DNA of 64,000 nucleotides from Pseudomonadota bacterium (GCA_013112535.1 JABFGI010000001.1:581243-645242), one strand, 5' to 3'; positions 21,401 to 29,954 are shown, counted from the stretch's first letter. Notes: generated by a model from the sequence alone, not told the origin. Numbers and translations: made by a program.

Positions 21401-24400
21401 TATCGGCTGTATTTGTATTAATTATAAATTCAGTGCCGATTTTCACTCCATTTACATCAAAACGTTGAGCAAAAATATCGTCAGACGTTACCGCACCTGT
21501 TGATTGCCAAGTGACGACAAACCCACCACCTGTCAATGCCGTTGCGTTATATATAAAATCGCTAACCTCAATGTTGCCATTAATATTAAATTCACTACCA
21601 AGGCTGGTGCCGTCTTTTGAAAATCGTTGTCCCACTAATGAATTATTATTAAGCCACAAGGCCACCCAACTATCATCAGATAAGGTAATAACACCAGGAT
21701 GCGTTTGCTCACCTGCAGTATTGGCATTAACAAGAAACTCACTGGAAGGATCGCTGGTGGTTAACGTTAATGACACTTCATCCGTATTAGCAACAGGAAT
21801 AGAATTAAATTCATTCGTCGTTAAGGTAAAAACATCGCTACTGGAAAAGCCACTGCTGTCAGTTGCTCTAACTTGAACATTAAGAGATCCAATATCTAAA
21901 TCGGTTGGCGTTCCACTAAAAGTACCAGTCACATCATCAAATGATAACCATGCCGGCAAATCACTGCCGTCAGATAATGTTGCTGTATACGTTAATGTTT
22001 CATTTAAATTAACATCAGCAAACGTATCACTCAATATTTGAAAATTAAATGCTCGGCCTGAACGAGAGATTTGATCTGTAATCTCATTAGCGACAAAAGG
22101 TGTCAAGTTAACGTTACCGACATTCAAATTGAAATCTAACGAAACAGATTGATTGGCACTATCCGTTGCCGTAACTTTGACATCGATAATGTCACTGTCA
22201 GCAGCAGCCGGTGTACCGCTAAACGTTAAAGTATCTGCATCAAACGTTAACCATGCAGGGAGTTCACTGCCATCGACTAACGTCGCTTTGATATCAAGGA
22301 AGTCTAATTCTTTATCCGTAAACGTATTCGCATCAAGCTGATAGCTAAATGGCACATCGCTGAGAATAACTTGATCAGCGGCATTGTCATTTAGTAGTGG
22401 TTCAAAATTTGGGTTATTTAAAATACCAGTAGGAAAGACAATCGATTCAATAAAACCTTCCTTCGTATAATAATTACTTACTCGAACTTGACCACTGGCA
22501 GCAGGAATACTAAGAATGTCAGAATCAATGGAGACATTCAGAACTAAATCATTACCATCACGATTATAACTATCTAATTGTGGTGACGCTTCATCAACCC
22601 CATCGATAACTCTTTCAAATAAAAGTTCATCAATGCCGCCGGTATCATTTATTGTAATACTAAAACCATCGATAATGTCCGCGCTTGGCTGAAAACGATA
22701 AGTTGATGCTAATGTATTTCCTGATGTCGTTTGTCCATTAACCAGTGTTTGGTCTTCAGGTAACATTGATTGAATAAAAGTCGCATCCCAGCTCGCGCCA
22801 TCATTAAACTGAATTACTTCAATTTGATTTTCGCTAACAAACCAATTACTAACTGTGATGATATCGTCAGTCTTACTGCCATTTTCAGTAAGCTGCAGTA
22901 TTAAATCGTTACCGTTTCTCTGAACACTAATATCATTTGCAGTTATACCTGTAGCGAATGTAATCCTATCGTTACCAGCATCATCCTGTATTAAGTCAAC
23001 TCCATCACCACGATTAAAATGATACGTGTCGTTACCTTGGCCGCCATTTAGAAAATCATTACCTTCTCCGCCTTCAAGAAAATCATTACCTAGCTGGCCA
23101 TAAAGTAAATCGTTACCCTCTTCACCATAGAGTTCATCATTATCATTACCGCCTTGTAACTCATCATCGTCTGTCCCACCAAAAAGTCGATCGTCACCCC
23201 CTCCGCCGACAATAAGACGTTTCCCTGCAATAGTGTCATAGAATGTTTCGTTATTGTCAGTCAGTAATATAATGGGTTCACTGATATTTGCATAAACTCC
23301 ACCGTCGTTTGGCGTTGGACTTGTCTCTGGCTCATGCTTTACGCCTGTTTTTTCTTCAATGGTTTGTTTATCCCAAATTGCACCATCAGCAAACTCAATC
23401 GTTTCAACAATACTGCTACCTCTGAACCATTGGTCAATAATTAATATATCCCCGGAGACTCCATTCTTCGCTCTTAGAATAAGACGTAAACTACCACCTG
23501 ATTCTTTGAGTACGACATCATTTTGGTTAATACCACTGAGCAATTTTATTTTATCAGCATCGCCTGCTTCATCTTCTACAATGTCAACGCCATAGCCATA
23601 CCCAAATTGATAGGTATCATTATCTTTACCTCCTTTTAATGAATCATGCTCTCCATCAAGGCCACCATCCAATAAGTCGTCACCCACACCACCGTAGATC
23701 GTGTCTTCTCCCGCATCACCATATAAAACATCATTGCCACCCGCATCTTTGCCGTCTGGGTAAGCGCGTGTTGCTATGGTATAGGGTGTCCCATCGCCGA
23801 CAGCAATCTCATCAAAAAGAATGGCTGTATTTTTTTCATAACTATCCGGGTTAATATCCCCATAGAGTATGTCATCGCCTTTACCACCATGGATATTATC
23901 GTCGCCGCCCTCTCCTTCTAATAAGTCGCGATCATTTCCGCCATCAATAATGTCATTACCATCGCCACCATGAATTCGATCTTCACCATCACCACCATAA
24001 ATCAGATCGATACCCGCATTGTCGCCATAGGATTCGAAAACCAGATAACGTTCGGTATAGCCATTATTTATAAAAATTGGTCGAGGAATAAGAGGGCCTT
24101 CACCAAAAGAGGATTGATAAACATTACTATCGTCAACAAAGCCATTCGTCGGGCCTGACCAATCTATCGGGATGGGGTAGTCCAAGTCTGGGTGACCCTC
24201 GTCATCAACAGGAATCGGAAAACGAAGATCAAATCCATTTACATCGCCATAAATTACATCGTTATCATCGCCACCAAATAGTTGGTCGTTGTCGCTACCG
24301 CCCGCCATGATGTCATCGCCTTTCCCGCCAAAGACCGGATCGTTACCTTCCCCGCCGAGCAACACGTCTCCGCCATCGCCTCCATTTATATAATCGGCAC

Positions 24401-26705
24401 CGCCATAGCCGTTAATTAAATCGTTGTCTTCGTTGCCAAACAGTTGATCGCCGTAGTTTGAGCCTGAAAGCGTATCGTCACCAGTGCCGCCATTCAGTAC
24501 GGTGTTCTCCGCTTCTGTCATGAGGATGTCATTATCGGCTCCACCATTGAGTTCACTGCCTGCGCGTTTAGTAAACAAACGATCATCACCTGCCAGCCCA
24601 TTCACAACGCCATAGTCACTTAGGTCAAGGATATCTTCTACAGGAATCGGTTCATCATTGCTTCTTCTCCATTGACCTTCTCTTATTAACGGTGTTTCAC
24701 TAACTCTGAAAATGGCTTCATCATCAAACTCGGTCATGTTGAGGGTTTTGATTGAATCAGGATCGGCTTCTAACTCAATACCTAAATCACCGGAAGTAAA
24801 GTTCTTGATAGTAAAGACAGCACCATTACTCAACGGCCCATTACTCGGTATCGCTTGAACGGTTAGCGTTGATGAGCCAGTGTCATAGGTGTATTGAAAC
24901 TTTTCATCTAAACTTTTATAAACATTTTCTGTAGCGGTACGTTTACCATCTTTTAGTAATATGCCTTTATGGCGCACCTGCCCTAATCCATCACTGTCTT
25001 CAATGATATCGCCTTCACCAACTATATAAGTATCGTTGCCTTTTCCGCCTTTTAAAGTATCAACCCCCGTTATTGTTTTGCCACTGTCATTGTAATCATC
25101 ATCATTATCGCCTGCATTGTTGTGCCATAAGGTGTCATTACCCGTACCGCCAATCAGCTCGTCATTTCCATCCCCACCTATTAAAACATCGTCATCTTGA
25201 TTACCTTCGAGGTAGTCATCACCAAGGTTGCCAAAGATAATATCAATACCATCGCCACCATAAATATGATCAGTTATACCTGTTCCATTTATACGTCCAT
25301 CGCTTATATCTGATCCAAATGTAATATATTTAGTTGGAAAAAAATCAAGTGTTCCATCACCTACCTCTCTCGCTGTTTCTAATATGCGTCCTCCAACATC
25401 TAGTTGCGTGAAATTTCTTTTTTCATTTAAATCTGAGTCAACGAGATTAAAAGGAAGATTACCTAAACCCATTTCTATTTTTGTTTTTAGGAAACCTACT
25501 CGATCTTCGATATAGTCTTCACTAAAATTAGCTAAATCTAATCGCTTAGTTCCATCGGAGTATTGAGTATTGTGTTGATTGTAAAAGTCTGGATTTGTAT
25601 TCGTCGTATCTAATATATAAGGATTAAGTTCTAATAAAGCATATCTAGTAGCTAAGCCTAGTGGATTATTTAGTTTTGCTTGATCAATAATATTAGCATC
25701 TCCCAAGAACTTTATTTCGCCTAATGTTAAGCCACCAGTGGAATTTACTATATTTAGAGCTCGATAAAAATATTCGTTGCTGCTTTCAATTGATGCGTTA
25801 TCACTTGCGCCTGTTATTAATTTTTCTAATGATTTAATTAATGTTTCTGCGCCTTGGTTTAGTATTGAAGATGATGACTCATATATTTTATCAATATTTT
25901 CCGTCGTAATTTGATTACTAATGCTTTTTATCAACACTCGATGTATTTCCTGACTAGGAAATAATTCTACTCCATTATTTAATTGTGCGGCATACAACGG
26001 ATCACTATTATTTGCACCTATGGTAAACTCAACAATTGAATCTAACAATAATTGAGCTGATTCCCCTTCATCAAAAATAAAATATGCGGAAAGCCCCAAA
26101 CCTGCCACAATAGCAGCTCCAGTTGCAACTGTACTAGATGCGCCTAAAATAGCTGTAAAACCTAAATATGTTAACCCTGAACCAAATGCAGAAATCAATC
26201 CTTCAGTAGCAGCAATATTGTCTTCCTTTACAAATAAGTCGTAACCTATGAATAGTACATCTATAAACCCAACGCCTAACACATCACTGCCAAGTGCTGT
26301 TACGAATTTATTTGCACTTCTTAACTGAGCAATTTCAACCGCGTTCTGCGTTAACCGTGTATCAATTATTGAAATGGCGTTACTATCAGATAAAAAACTT
26401 GTTAACCGAGTCTCCTCAAGCTTAGTTACTAGAATATGCTGCTGAATAAAACGAAAGGCTGCATCATCTCTTAATATTTCAGTTCTAGTTCTAGATAAAA
26501 ATTCTTGGGTTATCGTTAAATACTCTGTTTTCTGAAATATTGAATATTCTTCAAGATAAATTTTGACAATTTCTGCTCTTGTTAACTCTTCTAATATTTC
26601 GTTATTCAGCCTAACTCTTATTCGCTCCATCAAAACTGTTGAGAAAGTTTCTAAAAATTCATCAATTAATTCTGATTTTTCGTTCTCAGCAATAACAGTG
26701 ACCAT
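15459..26705 (-). CDS. Giant (3748 aa) RTX-type adhesin and type I secretion substrate. N-terminus carries two hydrophobic helices. There are multiple RTX nonapeptide blocks (GGxGxDxxx), a 7-blade FG-GAP/integrin-alpha-like propeller (AGDVNGDGFDDV repeats), a QRFDxNGxxxGxEF beta-propeller-like repeat array, many He_PIG/cadherin-like Ig domains (LPxWLxFDxxTxTFSGTP), and a C-terminal RTX region with a secretion signal.
   Basis: Single 11.2 kb ORF with the listed repeat motifs. Adjacent T1SS ABC and HlyD genes. Tandem repeats of about 300 bp at the DNA level. Confidence 0.9.
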   Translation of the reverse strand: MVTVIAENEKSELIDEFLETFSTVLMERIRVRLNNEILEELTRAEIVKIYLEEYSIFQKTEYLTITQEFLSRTRTEILRDDAAFRFIQQHILVTKLEETRLTSFLSDSNAISIIDTRLTQNAVEIAQLRSANKFVTALGSDVLGVGFIDVLFIGYDLFVKEDNIAATEGLISAFGSGLTYLGFTAILGASSTVATGAAIVAGLGLSAYFIFDEGESAQLLLDSIVEFTIGANNSDPLYAAQLNNGVELFPSQEIHRVLIKSISNQITTENIDKIYESSSSILNQGAETLIKSLEKLITGASDNASIESSNEYFYRALNIVNSTGGLTLGEIKFLGDANIIDQAKLNNPLGLATRYALLELNPYILDTTNTNPDFYNQHNTQYSDGTKRLDLANFSEDYIEDRVGFLKTKIEMGLGNLPFNLVDSDLNEKRNFTQLDVGGRILETAREVGDGTLDFFPTKYITFGSDISDGRINGTGITDHIYGGDGIDIIFGNLGDDYLEGNQDDDVLIGGDGNDELIGGTGNDTLWHNNAGDNDDDYNDSGKTITGVDTLKGGKGNDTYIVGEGDIIEDSDGLGQVRHKGILLKDGKRTATENVYKSLDEKFQYTYDTGSSTLTVQAIPSNGPLSNGAVFTIKNFTSGDLGIELEADPDSIKTLNMTEFDDEAIFRVSETPLIREGQWRRSNDEPIPVEDILDLSDYGVVNGLAGDDRLFTKRAGSELNGGADNDILMTEAENTVLNGGTGDDTLSGSNYGDQLFGNEDNDLINGYGGADYINGGDGGDVLLGGEGNDPVFGGKGDDIMAGGSDNDQLFGGDDNDVIYGDVNGFDLRFPIPVDDEGHPDLDYPIPIDWSGPTNGFVDDSNVYQSSFGEGPLIPRPIFINNGYTERYLVFESYGDNAGIDLIYGGDGEDRIHGGDGNDIIDGGNDRDLLEGEGGDDNIHGGKGDDILYGDINPDSYEKNTAILFDEIAVGDGTPYTIATRAYPDGKDAGGNDVLYGDAGEDTIYGGVGDDLLDGGLDGEHDSLKGGKDNDTYQFGYGYGVDIVEDEAGDADKIKLLSGINQNDVVLKESGGSLRLILRAKNGVSGDILIIDQWFRGSSIVETIEFADGAIWDKQTIEEKTGVKHEPETSPTPNDGGVYANISEPIILLTDNNETFYDTIAGKRLIVGGGGDDRLFGGTDDDELQGGNDNDELYGEEGNDLLYGQLGNDFLEGGEGNDFLNGGQGNDTYHFNRGDGVDLIQDDAGNDRITFATGITANDISVQRNGNDLILQLTENGSKTDDIITVSNWFVSENQIEVIQFNDGASWDATFIQSMLPEDQTLVNGQTTSGNTLASTYRFQPSADIIDGFSITINDTGGIDELLFERVIDGVDEASPQLDSYNRDGNDLVLNVSIDSDILSIPAASGQVRVSNYYTKEGFIESIVFPTGILNNPNFEPLLNDNAADQVILSDVPFSYQLDANTFTDKELDFLDIKATLVDGSELPAWLTFDADTLTFSGTPAAADSDIIDVKVTATDSANQSVSLDFNLNVGNVNLTPFVANEITDQISRSGRAFNFQILSDTFADVNLNETLTYTATLSDGSDLPAWLSFDDVTGTFSGTPTDLDIGSLNVQVRATDSSGFSSSDVFTLTTNEFNSIPVANTDEVSLTLTTSDPSSEFLVNANTAGEQTHPGVITLSDDSWVALWLNNNSLVGQRFSKDGTSLGSEFNINGNIEVSDFIYNATALTGGGFVVTWQSTGAVTSDDIFAQRFDVNGVKIGTEFIINTNTADIQTSIDIAGLPDGGFIAVWMTEHEGGATTESEIAGQRFDANGVKVGNEFEVNTFSFDNQDMPKVAVQTDGSFAIVWESNDHNRPISVELQDETPLSARFYDNQGNALTGEIPLSVAIQPSQMISPEVVALSGDDYMVTWIYSSATENIYGQRFNSSGISQGQAILLNSDFELFGRDYSVVADSNNGFIVSWNSFADQGDDQDDLAVIAARFNDQGQVTTFLVNELVDNNQQRPSINLLSDGGLVAVWQTSSSSSGDLDGGIAARLFPAAANNAFLIDVLANDTDLDPDDDVSNFSLDTVTLQGNKGSVSIENNQLKFDPGNDFTDLIAGDVATVLVDYTMSDDSGEISNSTLSLTIRGTEVVGTISLSQEVIFENGGQAVASAGDVNGDGFDDVLIQGNQTQGSYLVFGQQEQLNSTFDLTNLNGNNGVHFSSSLAINSIKSAGDVNGDGFDDVIIGMSSDLNPGQSAVLFGHESGFSSDIDLNNLSADQGIVLTGNAINSNSNIQVDGAGDINGDGFDDVIIGTPDTNGTTGDVSIVFGRSDFSSYNIDIDVLDGSNGFSFSGNVANSETGTTVTDIGDINNDGLDDLFVYAPEAVPGLPDPRDPLGGFNLPLGYVVLGQTGFSNSFDINSLDGSNGFRLNGMYETNAETMRAEGVGDINGDGIDDLLVVHHSNTAHVIYGKENNFTADVNANSLGAGALSLFSLSGGSISSVSAAGDVNGDGLSDILIGMSDKTVNSENNVGISYLVYGKQGGIQTSVNLDELDGQNGFQLTGNISGDQSGSVVSAAGDVNGDGFDDLLVSAAGANLNNGESYLVYGKDFRNEIDVLGSNESDIVDVVESDQKIFTLDGNDIINVGDVETAIINAGSGENVINLSGEQNINRNYTIQTSSSSLNTVKIGSQSNPYTASKGRYTLLLPSSFHGINAFDIYTKKHVTRSDISIHRGSLIIDIFDGQIQLYFTDVDTNDLSGIPDLFERITFNDSFTLTYQDVLDLGFGFDGTAGDDELNGTEIVDRINGFAGNDTLDGGEGDDELDGGEGNDIVIGGEGNDIIIGNTGNDHLEGGVGDDTYIINANDGHDTILEVGGFDRVFFGEGLSVTDLNVSQSGDDLILSFGAGQTVTVTGWFDDSNAVIEQFIFTGDNALTLNNDDIEGLISGNDINLAPGVNTGLENQVVDEDAIFSYVIPDDAFIDPESGNALSYTATLKNGEVLPDWLSFDAATQTFNGTPDDNDVGVIEINVIATDAGGLSVDESFRLTINGNTNINNAPFVDAGISDQATDEDHVFSFTIPANTFSDPDVGDTLIYNATLSDDSALPSWLSFDAATQTFSGTPVNDDVDNIEVKVTVTDTGGHSVSDEFSLTVNNVNDAATVSNAVETLNETDAVLTTAGTLTSSDVDNEDNVFTASNTVGAIGTFDIDVAGNWTFNANESFDSLNVGDSVSETFNASSVDGTASTVQITINGTNDTPTLSNVITDQVIDEDAPFSFTIPANTFDDVDDANDTLNYSASLSDDSNLPGWLTFDAATQTFSGTPDNDDVGNLDIKVTATDSAGLSTDDEFRVVINNVNDNPVLANPVDDQATIEGVSFSYQLPSDIFDDDDFIHGDTLRYTASLNDGSALPAWLSFDAATRTFSGNVPFDVSGLLDIKVTVTDIEGLSVSDSFTLDITNVINGNNHSNFLLGTDEKDIINGFNRPDWLFGEDGNDILNGGGSNDHLHGGDGNDTLNGGNGHDWLFGNSGDDVLNGGNGNDHLQEWFGNNILNGNAGRDWILGGQGDDALNGGSGNDVLEDWYGNNTLSGGEGDDALYSGAGDDIHEGGAGHDWLFSDGGNDILHGGTGDDVIEGGRGNDTYLFNRGDDVDEIEENAGEDTLRFGESIGADDLWLWRDHKDLNIGIIGTEDQVTIEDWYKHSHGWSWGWHSNRDTRIERIELSDGSVLLETNVQQLVDAMAVFNVSHCGSLDVPEALQEDVQSVISTAWQSA
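16440..17800 (-). repeat. At least five tandem ~300-bp coding repeats (He_PIG/cadherin-like domain units) inside the adhesin gene, 80-90% identical. A similar block lies at ~21850-22350.
   Basis: Recurrent GTGCCACTGAAGGTTTGGGTTGC(A/C)GCATCAAA(G/C)(C/G)TTAACCA units at about 16500, 16810, 17405 and 17710. Confidence 0.6.
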
Positions 26706-27229
26706 TATTTATCTCCATATAAATTTTTAAAATTTGCAAAAATAAACATCAATATATAATTTAATGACATTAAAAAACCTAAACCGATGAAACCACAGAA
26801 CAATGAAATTCCTGTTGTAGATGTCACTACCCAAACCATTTTTGAAGGCACACCTTGATAATCTCCAGGCACATTTTGCAGATTCACTTCTTTATTAAAA
26901 ATTTCAGCAGAGAACAATATCCCGAATGTTATATATAGTAAAATTCCAAAAATAAAATAAGCGAATGCAGATTGTGAATATACATATATATATTTTTTTG
27001 AAATTTTTCTCGGCAAGAAAAAAAAGATAACCATAGAGGTTATAATAGTGTAAACCCATACTGTTTTAGTCAGTATCGGGTTAACACTTATTTCAGACCA
27101 AGCATTTACACTAGGTATATACTTCGCTGCTACTTCAATTAACCACAAACTTGTTATATTTACATTAAAAATATCTATTACATGAGAGACTATAACTATA
27201 GATACAACCCAGGCTGAAAGTATTTTCAT
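26705..27229 (-). CDS. Small polytopic membrane protein translationally coupled to the adhesin start (stop overlaps the ATG: TAATGG). The longer ORF to 27319 begins inside IR copy R1.
   Basis: About 5 hydrophobic helices; stop/start overlap with the giant gene; no known family. Confidence 0.4.
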   Translation of the reverse strand: MKILSAWVVSIVIVSHVIDIFNVNITSLWLIEVAAKYIPSVNAWSEISVNPILTKTVWVYTIITSMVIFFFLPRKISKKYIYVYSQSAFAYFIFGILLYITFGILFSAEIFNKEVNLQNVPGDYQGVPSKMVWVVTSTTGISLFCGFIGLGFLMSLNYILMFIFANFKNLYGDK

Positions 27230-27272
27230 CGTGCAAACCTGATCTTTAACTGATTGTATAAAGGTCGGCTTT

Positions 27273-27304
27273 GGGGTCATATCTTGAATCTTGAATTTAC
27301 TCAC
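27273..27304. repeat. IR copy R1 (GGGGTCATATCTTGAATCTTGAATTTACTCAC), a solo copy with 2 mismatches to the core
   Basis: Member of the 6-copy family GGGTCAGGTCTTGAATCTTGAATT. Confidence 0.7.
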
Positions 27305-27999
27305 GCCGCATCCCTCCATTCATTATTTAAACTTCCTTCATTTAAGTTCACATCACTAAACGTATCCGCAGGCACCTGAAAGTTAAACGCACGATCTGCA
27401 CGTGAAACTTGATCGTCAATATCATTTGTTACGACAGGTGCAAGATTGACATTACCCACATTCAAATTGAAGTCGAGCGACACTGATTGATTAGCACTAT
27501 CAGTAGCGGTAACGACAATATCAAGAATATCACTGTCAGTAACAGCAGGCGTACCACTAAATGTCAATGTATTAGCATCAAACGTTAACCACGAAGGTAA
27601 TTCACTGCCATCAGACAACGTTGCGTTGATATCAAGCAAATCCAGATCTTCATCAATAAAACTATCAGCAGCTAATTGGTAGCTAAACGACTGATCACTC
27701 AGGATGACTTGATCAATTGCACTATCATTTAAGACGGGTTCAAAGTTAGGGTTATTTAAAATTCCAGAAGGAAATTGTATCGTTTCTATAAAACCCTCTT
27801 TCGTATAATAATTAGTGATACGTACTTGTCCGCTTGCATCAGGAATACCAGGAATATCCGAATCAACGGACACATTAAGAATTAAATCATTAGCATCACG
27901 ATGGTAGCCGTCCAACTGTGGTGTTGCTTCGTCACCACCTTCAACTGTTGTTTCAAATAAAAGTTGATCGGGTTCAGGGTCAGGCCTTACATTTGACAT
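27301..27999 (-). pseudogene. Silent partial cassette 2. It is a paralogue (about 75% nucleotide identity) of the adhesin internal segment ~21960-22690, carrying one He_PIG domain and flanks. Its N-terminus is fused to unrelated sequence.
   Basis: The protein aligns with giant-protein residues ...LLFERVIDGVDEASPQLDSYNRDGNDLVLNVS...AFNFQILSDTFADVNLNE. It has no adhesin N-terminus, RTX C-terminus or secretion signal. Confidence 0.6.
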
Positions 28000-28001
28000 T
28001 T

Positions 28002-28256
28002 TTATAAGCCTCCTTCATATGATTTTACTGCTCTACTTACCGTTGCATAGCTCACATCAAAATACTCTCCGACATTTGACAAGGTATAGTGTCCACTCAA
28101 GTAGGCTTTCGCCATGGCGACTTTACGGTTACTGTCTTTCTTTTCAAAATACGCTAGGGGTTTTATCGCTCTTTGCTTTTGCTTTCTCGGAATATCTTTT
28201 AATGACTGATCAGTCTTTGGGGTCAGGTCTTGAATCTTGAATTTACTCATAATCAT
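28002..28256 (-). pseudogene. Orphan HTH ORF whose first codons lie in IR copy R2. Its C-terminal HTH resembles the HTH tail of the Y1 transposase at 29015-29944.
   Basis: AKAYLSGHYTLSNVGEYFDVSYATVSRAVKSYE compared with YKAYKEGAHSQKEIADYFKLHYSTVSKIIKKYE. Confidence 0.4.
28219..28250. repeat. IR copy R2 (GGGGTCAGGTCTTGAATCTTGAATTTACTCAT), solo
   Basis: Exact 24-bp core. Confidence 0.7.
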
Positions 28257-28277
28257 ATTTTCCTTTTTTTATGATTG

Positions 28278-29018
28278 TTAGGCGGCTACTTGAAAATTAA
28301 ATGCACGACCAGAACGAGAGATTTGATCTGTAATCTCATTAGCGACAAAAGGTGCCAAGTTAACGTTACCGACATTCAAATTGAAATCTAACGAAACAGA
28401 TTGATTGGCACTATCCGTTGCCGTAACAAGCACATCAATAATATCACTATCGATAGCAGCCGGTGTGCCGCTAAACGTTAAGGTATCGGCATCAAATGTT
28501 AACCATGTAGGTAACGCATTACCATCAGACAACGTCGCTTGTATATCTAAAAAGTCTAATGCTTCATCAGTAAAACTATCAGCGGCAAGTTGATAACTAA
28601 ATGGCGTATCAGAAAGAATAACCTGATCTTGTGAGGTATCATTTAAGATAGGTGAAAAATTTGGGTTATTTAAAATACCTGAAGGAAACTCTATCGTTTC
28701 GATGAAACCGGTCTTCGTATAATAATTAGATACTCGTACCTGCCCTGTTGCATTCGGTATTGTACTAATATCGGAATTTACAGAAACATATAGAACTAAA
28801 TCATTGCCATCACGATTATGGCTATCGAGTTGCGGCGTTGCCTGGTTACTGCCATCTACAATGGTTTGAAATAGTAATTGATCAAAACCACCGGCATCAT
28901 TAATCGTGATATCAAAACCATCAGTAATGTCCGCACTGGGCTGAAAACGATAGATTGAATCAAACGTATTACCCGTCGTTGGGGTCTGGGTCAGGTCTTG
29001 AATCTTGAATTTATTCAT
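28278..29018 (-). pseudogene. Silent partial cassette 1. It is a paralogue (about 85% nucleotide identity, with perfect stretches over 100 bp) of the adhesin segment ~22036-22735. Its ATG and first 10 codons come from IR copy R3.
   Basis: Constant offset of 6252 bp to the adhesin gene (for example CGAGAGATTTGATCTGTAATCTCATTAGCGACAAAAGGTG at 28315 and 22063). Antisense ORFs 22153-22341 and 28405-28593 are paralogous. Confidence 0.65.
28988..29018. repeat. IR copy R3 (GGGTCAGGTCTTGAATCTTGAATTTATTCAT), the right-end IR of the transposase element; contains the tnp stop and the cassette ATG (ATGA overlap)
   Basis: Exact 24-bp core; inverted relative to R4. Confidence 0.7.
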
Positions 29019-29944
29019 ACCATCTCTTCCTCATATTTTTTAATAATTTTACTTACTGTGCTGTAATGCAGTTTAAAATAATCTGCTATCTCTTTTTGTG
29101 AATGCGCACCCTCTTTATAAGCTTTATAAATCGCTTCATCACGATGATCATATTTCTTTATATAGTAATCGATGGGCTTACTTATGCATTGCCGTTGCTC
29201 TTTCGTGATTTCTGACAAGTCTTTATCTTGAACTTGTTTGGACTGGAGTTTGTTTATGAATTGCTCATCGCCTAAGTAAAGCTGCTGCCTTAAGTTTTCC
29301 CATAAAGGCGATTGCTTTTTACCTTCTCGTATAAATTGTATAAAGTTTTTTTGTGCGGTTGATTGACGTTTACCATAATGACCTAATATCCAATCCTTAT
29401 CTAACCACTGTGGCGCTTCAGCTTTATCTATCATTGCGCGATAGCTACTCCAACGGTACTGCCCTGCTGTTTTTGTAATGTTGGCGCGGACTGGGTTGAG
29501 TAAGACATAACGAACGACTTCTAAAAGATAACTCTCTTTCTCTACTAATATCGCTTTATATCGTCCTTGAAATAGATGCCCTACGCGCTTATGTGTTCGA
29601 TTGTAAGTTTGTGTATAGACACCGTTTAGATGGCGCATACCGCGAGATAAGTTTGCTTCGGCTGTTTCTATCACAAGATGGTAATGGTTACTCATTAAAC
29701 ACCAAGCATAACAATGCCAATTATAACGTTCGCAGGTTTGCGTAATTATTTTAATGAATTCTTTTCGGTCAGTATCGGATGTATATATATTTGAACGGGC
29801 ATTCCCGCGTGATGTGATATGGTAGACAGCACCTGCGTATTCTATCCTTAAAGGTCGCGACATTAACTTACTTCCTTGTCTATGATTCTTATAATCATAA
29901 ACTACATTACTAATCATATGATTTCCATTCATTCTTAGCATCAC
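29015..29944 (-). CDS. Y1 HUH transposase (IS200/IS605-like, COG1943/RAYT-like) with a C-terminal DnaA-C-like HTH extension
   Basis: HuH motif SNHYHLV, catalytic Tyr region QYRWSSY, N-terminal YHITSRGN; 309 aa with HTH tail. Confidence 0.75.
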   Translation of the reverse strand: MMLRMNGNHMISNVVYDYKNHRQGSKLMSRPLRIEYAGAVYHITSRGNARSNIYTSDTDRKEFIKIITQTCERYNWHCYAWCLMSNHYHLVIETAEANLSRGMRHLNGVYTQTYNRTHKRVGHLFQGRYKAILVEKESYLLEVVRYVLLNPVRANITKTAGQYRWSSYRAMIDKAEAPQWLDKDWILGHYGKRQSTAQKNFIQFIREGKKQSPLWENLRQQLYLGDEQFINKLQSKQVQDKDLSEITKEQRQCISKPIDYYIKKYDHRDEAIYKAYKEGAHSQKEIADYFKLHYSTVSKIIKKYEEEMV

Positions 29945-29954
29945 TATAACTTAT

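Noticed and set aside
16212-24158. Many plus-strand ORFs of 60-120 aa inside the 15459-26705 gene (for example 16212-16436, 17035-17346, 18193-18435, 21511-21876, 23639-23854)
   Set aside because: They are antisense to a single uninterrupted 11.2 kb ORF with strong domain signatures. Their low-complexity, repeat-derived translations (poly-S/P/V/T) are artefacts of the coding repeats.
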